The notes beneath the pieces were generated by a model that saw nothing but the letters and a program-made list of their open reading frames with translations, had not been told where the DNA came from and did no database searches. Positions 60,413-64,000 of a DNA stretch of 64,000 nucleotides are shown here, piece by piece; the first letter of the stretch is position 1, and each line of letters begins with the position of its first letter. The position numbers and the translations under genes are program-made. This DNA comes from Acidobacteria bacterium UBA823 (GTDB lineage: Bacteria; Acidobacteriota; Vicinamibacteria; Vicinamibacterales; UBA823): NCBI GenBank assembly GCA_002296225.1, contig DBHR01000015.1, positions 26,079 to 90,078 of the forward strand. Reading direction: 5' to 3'.

Positions 60413-61168
60413 ATGACATCGCTTGCCGAGCCTCTGACAAGCTGGGTCCGTCGGCACGTCGGCGGGACAAGTGCGGACGGGCTGGTCGTCGGCTTGAGCG
60501 GCGGTGTCGATTCAGCAACGGTGTTACGCCTCTGCCAACTCGCCATGCCCGACGCCGTCGTTGGCGTGCTCCTGCCCTGCCATAGCGACCCGCAGGACGC
60601 CACCGACGCGAGGCTCGTGGCGGATCACTTCGATTTGCCTACAGTCACCATGAATCTCGATGCGGTGTATGACACGCTGAGCGCCGAGCTGCGCGCCTCA
60701 CTGGGCAAACTGTCCCAAGCGCCCGAGGACCTCGAGTCGCGCCTCCCCTTGGCGAACGTGAAGCCCCGGCTACGCATGACCTCCCTCTACTTTGTGGCGA
60801 ATGCGATGAACTACCTTGTGGCCGGTACCGGAAACCGGAGTGAGTTGGCGATCGGCTACTACACAAAATACGGCGACGGCGGTGTCGATCTGCTACCCAT
60901 CGGGAACCTGCTCAAAGACGAGGTGCAGGACCTGGCACGAGAGCTCGGTGTTCCGACGCCTATCATCGACAAACCGCCGAGCGCTGGTCTCTGGGTGGGG
61001 CAAAAGGACGAAACTGAAATGGGTTTCTCCTACACGGAACTCGCATCGTATCTCCGCGACGGCCCAGAGGCCGTGTCTCCCAAGCTGGCCCAGCGTATCG
61101 AACGGCTGACGCACTCGAGCGGACACAAACGAGTGTTACCCCCGAGGCCGCCTCTCGCAACAGCCTGA
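60413..61168 (+). CDS. nadE: NH3-dependent NAD+ synthetase
   Basis: ATG at 60413. PP-loop GLSGGVDS and ...YYTKYGDGG... Confidence 0.9.
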   Translation: MTSLAEPLTSWVRRHVGGTSADGLVVGLSGGVDSATVLRLCQLAMPDAVVGVLLPCHSDPQDATDARLVADHFDLPTVTMNLDAVYDTLSAELRASLGKLSQAPEDLESRLPLANVKPRLRMTSLYFVANAMNYLVAGTGNRSELAIGYYTKYGDGGVDLLPIGNLLKDEVQDLARELGVPTPIIDKPPSAGLWVGQKDETEMGFSYTELASYLRDGPEAVSPKLAQRIERLTHSSGHKRVLPPRPPLATA

Positions 61169-61234
61169 TCGTGTTCCGACCGTTCAGTTGGACGATGATG
61201 TCCGGGGCGTGAACGCCTGACTAACGACGCTGGT

Positions 61235-63103
61235 TCACGTCGTTGCGACGACGCGTCGCACGGCCGCAACGATCCGGGCGGCGGAAATCCCGTACTTCTC
61301 CAGTAGTTCGTCAGGCTTGCCACTTCGTGGTATCTCGGACACCGCGAGTCGATGCACGTCGATGCCATTAGTGCCAACGGCCGCACTGACAGCATCACCG
61401 AGCCCACCGCTAGCATAATGATCCTCAACGGTGATCAGCGCATTGCCGCAGCGCTTGCCAGCTGCAATTAAGGTCGCCGCATCGATCGGCGCGAGTGAAT
61501 AGGCATCTATGACCCCAACTGCAACATTGTCCTTAGCGAGCAGGTCAGCCGCCTTTAAGGCCTCAAAGACCGTCACGCCTGCGGCGACGACAGTCGCCAC
61601 GTCGCTCGAACTCTCGCGCAACGTCTTTGACCCACCAATTTCGAATTGTTCCGATGGTGGATAGATAACCGAGGTTTTTGGGCGTGACGTCCGGATGTAG
61701 ACCATCCCCTGGTGCGCGGCCGCCGCCGCCACGAGGCGCTCAGCACTGACCCCATCGCACGGATACAGCACGGCGCAATTGGGCACCGCCCGCATCATTG
61801 CGAGGTCTTCGAGCGCCATCTGCGACGGGCCATCCTCGCCAATCGACACACCGGCGTGCGACCCTGCGAGCTTGAGGTTCAGGTTGCTGATGCCGGCCAT
61901 GCGGATAAAGTCGTAGGCACGGGACAGAAAACAGGCGAACGTGGACGGAAACGGAATGGCGCCACGGCTAGCCAGACCCATAGCCGCACCGACCATGACC
62001 TGCTCAGCGATGTAGGTCTGGTAGAACCGGTCGCTGTGCGCCTTCTCAAACGTCTCGCTAAACGTCGAATTCTTGACGTCAGCATCCAGAGCCACGACGC
62101 GCTGATCGAGCGCCCCTAGGGCCGCGAGGGCGTGGCCGTACGCTGTCCGGGTCGCGACCTGCGCACCCAATTCATAGGCAGGAGCAGGCATCCCGCTCAC
62201 GTCGGGCGGGCTCATCGATTCAACGGGACCGTCCAGCGGTGCAGCGATCGGGGGAGAAACAGCGCCTTCGACCAACTGCACCTCGAGCTCAGCAATCGCC
62301 GCGTTCAGGTCGTCGCCAGGCTTGAGGGCCTTCCCATGCCACCCCTCCTGGCCTTCGAACAGGGACACCCCTTTCCCTTTGAGGGTACGGGCCAAAATCA
62401 TCGTTGGACGACCCTTCGTGCTACGAGCATCATCGAACGCCGCCAGAATCGCGTCCAGGTCGTGCCCGTCCACCACCATCGCATGCCACCCAAACGCTTT
62501 CCAGCGCCGCTCGAACTGCTCGAGCGAATGCCCCCACTGCGTCGCACGGCTCTGACCGAGTGCGTTCACATCGGTGATCGCACAAAGGTTGTCCAGCTTG
62601 TGATGCTCGGCCACCTGCGCGGCTTCCCAAACCGACCCTTCCGCCGACTCACCGTCACCGAGCAGGACGTAGGTGCGATACGACGACTGCAGCCGGCGAG
62701 CATTTAGGGCAATGCCGACGGCCGCACAGATCCCCTGCCCTAAAGAGCCGGTCGCCACGTCCACGAATGGAAGACGCGGGGTCGGATGGCCTTCGAGGTC
62801 GGATTCGATCTGGCGGAGGGCGGTGACGTCCTCGACAGCGCCCGCCTGTGCCCACGCCGCGTATAGAAGTGGCGCCGCATGTCCCTTTGACAATACAAAT
62901 CGATCGCTGTGAGGATACTGGGGGTTCTCGGGGTCGAAACGCATCTCCGAGAAGAATAGCGCCGCAACGACGTCGGCGGCCGAGCAACAACTTGTTGGAT
63001 GGCCGCTTCCAGCTGCAGATGTCGCCCGGATCGAATCAATACGAAGACGCGTAGCGACGCTACGCAACGCGGACACGAGGGATGATCTATCGACCGCCAA
63101 CAC
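61235..63103 (-). CDS. tkt: Transketolase (single-chain, 622 aa)
   Basis: GTG start. GSGHPTSCCSAAD, the ThDP motif LLGDGESAEGSVWEA, and pyrimidine-binding plus C-terminal domains. Confidence 0.9.
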   Translation of the reverse strand: MLAVDRSSLVSALRSVATRLRIDSIRATSAAGSGHPTSCCSAADVVAALFFSEMRFDPENPQYPHSDRFVLSKGHAAPLLYAAWAQAGAVEDVTALRQIESDLEGHPTPRLPFVDVATGSLGQGICAAVGIALNARRLQSSYRTYVLLGDGESAEGSVWEAAQVAEHHKLDNLCAITDVNALGQSRATQWGHSLEQFERRWKAFGWHAMVVDGHDLDAILAAFDDARSTKGRPTMILARTLKGKGVSLFEGQEGWHGKALKPGDDLNAAIAELEVQLVEGAVSPPIAAPLDGPVESMSPPDVSGMPAPAYELGAQVATRTAYGHALAALGALDQRVVALDADVKNSTFSETFEKAHSDRFYQTYIAEQVMVGAAMGLASRGAIPFPSTFACFLSRAYDFIRMAGISNLNLKLAGSHAGVSIGEDGPSQMALEDLAMMRAVPNCAVLYPCDGVSAERLVAAAAAHQGMVYIRTSRPKTSVIYPPSEQFEIGGSKTLRESSSDVATVVAAGVTVFEALKAADLLAKDNVAVGVIDAYSLAPIDAATLIAAGKRCGNALITVEDHYASGGLGDAVSAAVGTNGIDVHRLAVSEIPRSGKPDELLEKYGISAARIVAAVRRVVATT

Positions 63104-63198
63104 CCGCCTCTAAATCTCAGAGTCTACCATAGCGTCGTCCGACGACCGTGACGCGCCAGGGAGGAAGCATGCCTACCGGTCCACTATAATGACGGTTA

Positions 63199-63693
63199 AT
63201 GATCGCGCTTCGGTACGTCTACGTGGTGCTGCTCGCGTTGTGGTTAGGCGGCATGGTGGCACTGGGCGGGCTCGCCGCACCGGCAACCTTCGCAGTGTTG
63301 CAGCAGGAACATCCTGACACCGGCCGCACACTCGCGGGTCAAGTCTTCGGGGAAACGTTGAAACGATTTCACGTTGCATCCTACGTCGTTGCTGCACTCC
63401 TGCTGGCCAGCCTGCTCGGCATGGCAGCCCTCGGCTCGAAGCCGGCCGGCTTCGAAACCCGCTTCGCCATCATCGTGGCTATGCTACTGGTCAGCCTTTA
63501 CTCTGGAAAGAGCGTCTCGCCGACGATCGAACGGATGCAGAAGGAGATCGGTGGGCCGGTCGCAGCTCTACCCACGGATGACCCGCGCCGGAGCCAGTTC
63601 GGACGCCTGCACGCCTTATCGACCGCGCTGATGCTCGTGAACGTCGCCGGCGCGCTGGTCCTGATCTACTGGGAAGCTCGGCGCGGAGCTTGA
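63199..63693 (+). CDS. DUF4149-like four-TM membrane protein
   Basis: MIALRYVYVVLLALWLGGMVALGGLAAPATF... resembles DUF4149. A perfect TATAAT sits only 8 nt upstream of the ATG. Confidence 0.6.
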   Translation: MIALRYVYVVLLALWLGGMVALGGLAAPATFAVLQQEHPDTGRTLAGQVFGETLKRFHVASYVVAALLLASLLGMAALGSKPAGFETRFAIIVAMLLVSLYSGKSVSPTIERMQKEIGGPVAALPTDDPRRSQFGRLHALSTALMLVNVAGALVLIYWEARRGA

Positions 63694-63753
63694 TCCCGCC
63701 GCCGCGACCACTCGCGGTATCTATCTGAAAACACATGGTATAGTGCCAGCGTG

Positions 63754-64000
63754 ATGCTTGACGACATCACCCAAGCAGTTCTGGCCCATGACGACGTTGC
63801 CCGCTACCTTCGGGGCGGACGCGGCGAAAGCAACCTCGAAGCTCGCGAACGGATTCACGCCTATATCGAAGAACTTCGAACGACCCAACGCTATCCGTTC
63901 TACCGGGCGCTCAAGCATCCGCTCTACCCCATCCTTCGCAAGATCACGAGGATGCCCGAAAGTGTTGAGATCGCCGAGTCCGCAACTCGGTGGGGTCGGG
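63754..64000 (+). CDS. 5' part of an ORF running off the window, possibly a PlsB-like glycerolipid acyltransferase N-terminus
   Basis: The frame is open from ATG 63754 to the window end: MLDDITQAVLAHDDVARYLRGGRGESNLEARERIHAYIEELRTTQRYPFYRALKHPLYPILRKI.... The functional guess rests only on a vague resemblance. Confidence 0.3.
   Translation, partial: MLDDITQAVLAHDDVARYLRGGRGESNLEARERIHAYIEELRTTQRYPFYRALKHPLYPILRKITRMPESVEIAESATRWGR

Noticed and set aside
63169-63189. A six-codon mini-ORF (ATG CCT ACC GGT CCA CTA TAA) preceded by GGGAGG, just upstream of the DUF4149 gene.
   Set aside because: It is too short to distinguish from chance. It overlaps the TATAAT element, which offers an alternative explanation, and I cannot assess its conservation.
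1-64000. I looked for CRISPR arrays, IS elements/transposases, phage genes, toxin-antitoxin pairs and known defence-system genes across the window.
   Set aside because: I found none by eye. There are no regularly spaced direct repeats and no transposase-, integrase- (other than XerC), reverse-transcriptase- or Cas-like translations in the six-frame track.

Overview
GC-rich chromosomal segment from a diderm (outer-membrane-bearing) bacterium. LpxC, an Omp85/BamA-type protein and TamB are all present. Gene content and order hint at an Acidobacteriota-like lineage, but that is inference only. I call about 57 protein-coding genes, one tRNA-Leu(TAG), one probable gene relic and a few small regulatory or structural elements. 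I saw no rRNA, CRISPR array, transposase/IS element, phage genes or obvious defence system.

Most of the window is core housekeeping:
- tRNA-Leu, tig, clpP, clpX, lon, engB, rpmE
- class II ribonucleotide reductase
- TamB, Omp85 and a SurA-like chaperone
- a three-gene biotin-dependent acyl-CoA carboxylase
- hslVU
- topA, trmFO, xerC
- rplU, rpmA, obg, nadD, rsfS
- tmk, lysA, lpxC, uvrA, nadE, tkt

I cannot point to a clear-cut new system. The stretches that deserve a second look are:
1. A compact block of four exported proteins of unknown function (2167-5117), including two tandem paralogues and a DUF6152-like protein whose mature N-terminus is predicted to be His-His.
2. The TamB/Omp85/SurA-like operon, with tamB first and tightly coupled junctions.
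3. An FN3-containing lipoprotein whose start overlaps the hslU stop codon.
4. A decayed N-terminal fragment of an APC-type amino-acid permease directly upstream of hslV. It lies at the point where a Firmicute-style topA-trmFO-xerC-hslV-hslU cluster is interrupted by about 4.7 kb carrying an ABC-F ATPase and an ECF sigma/anti-sigma/lipoprotein module.
5. A roughly 100-aa helical insertion between the zinc ribbons of TopA.
6. A DapA-like aldolase paired with a DapB-like (2,4-diaminopentanoate-dehydrogenase-type) gene.

All functional calls come from motif recognition in the supplied translations. No database search was run.
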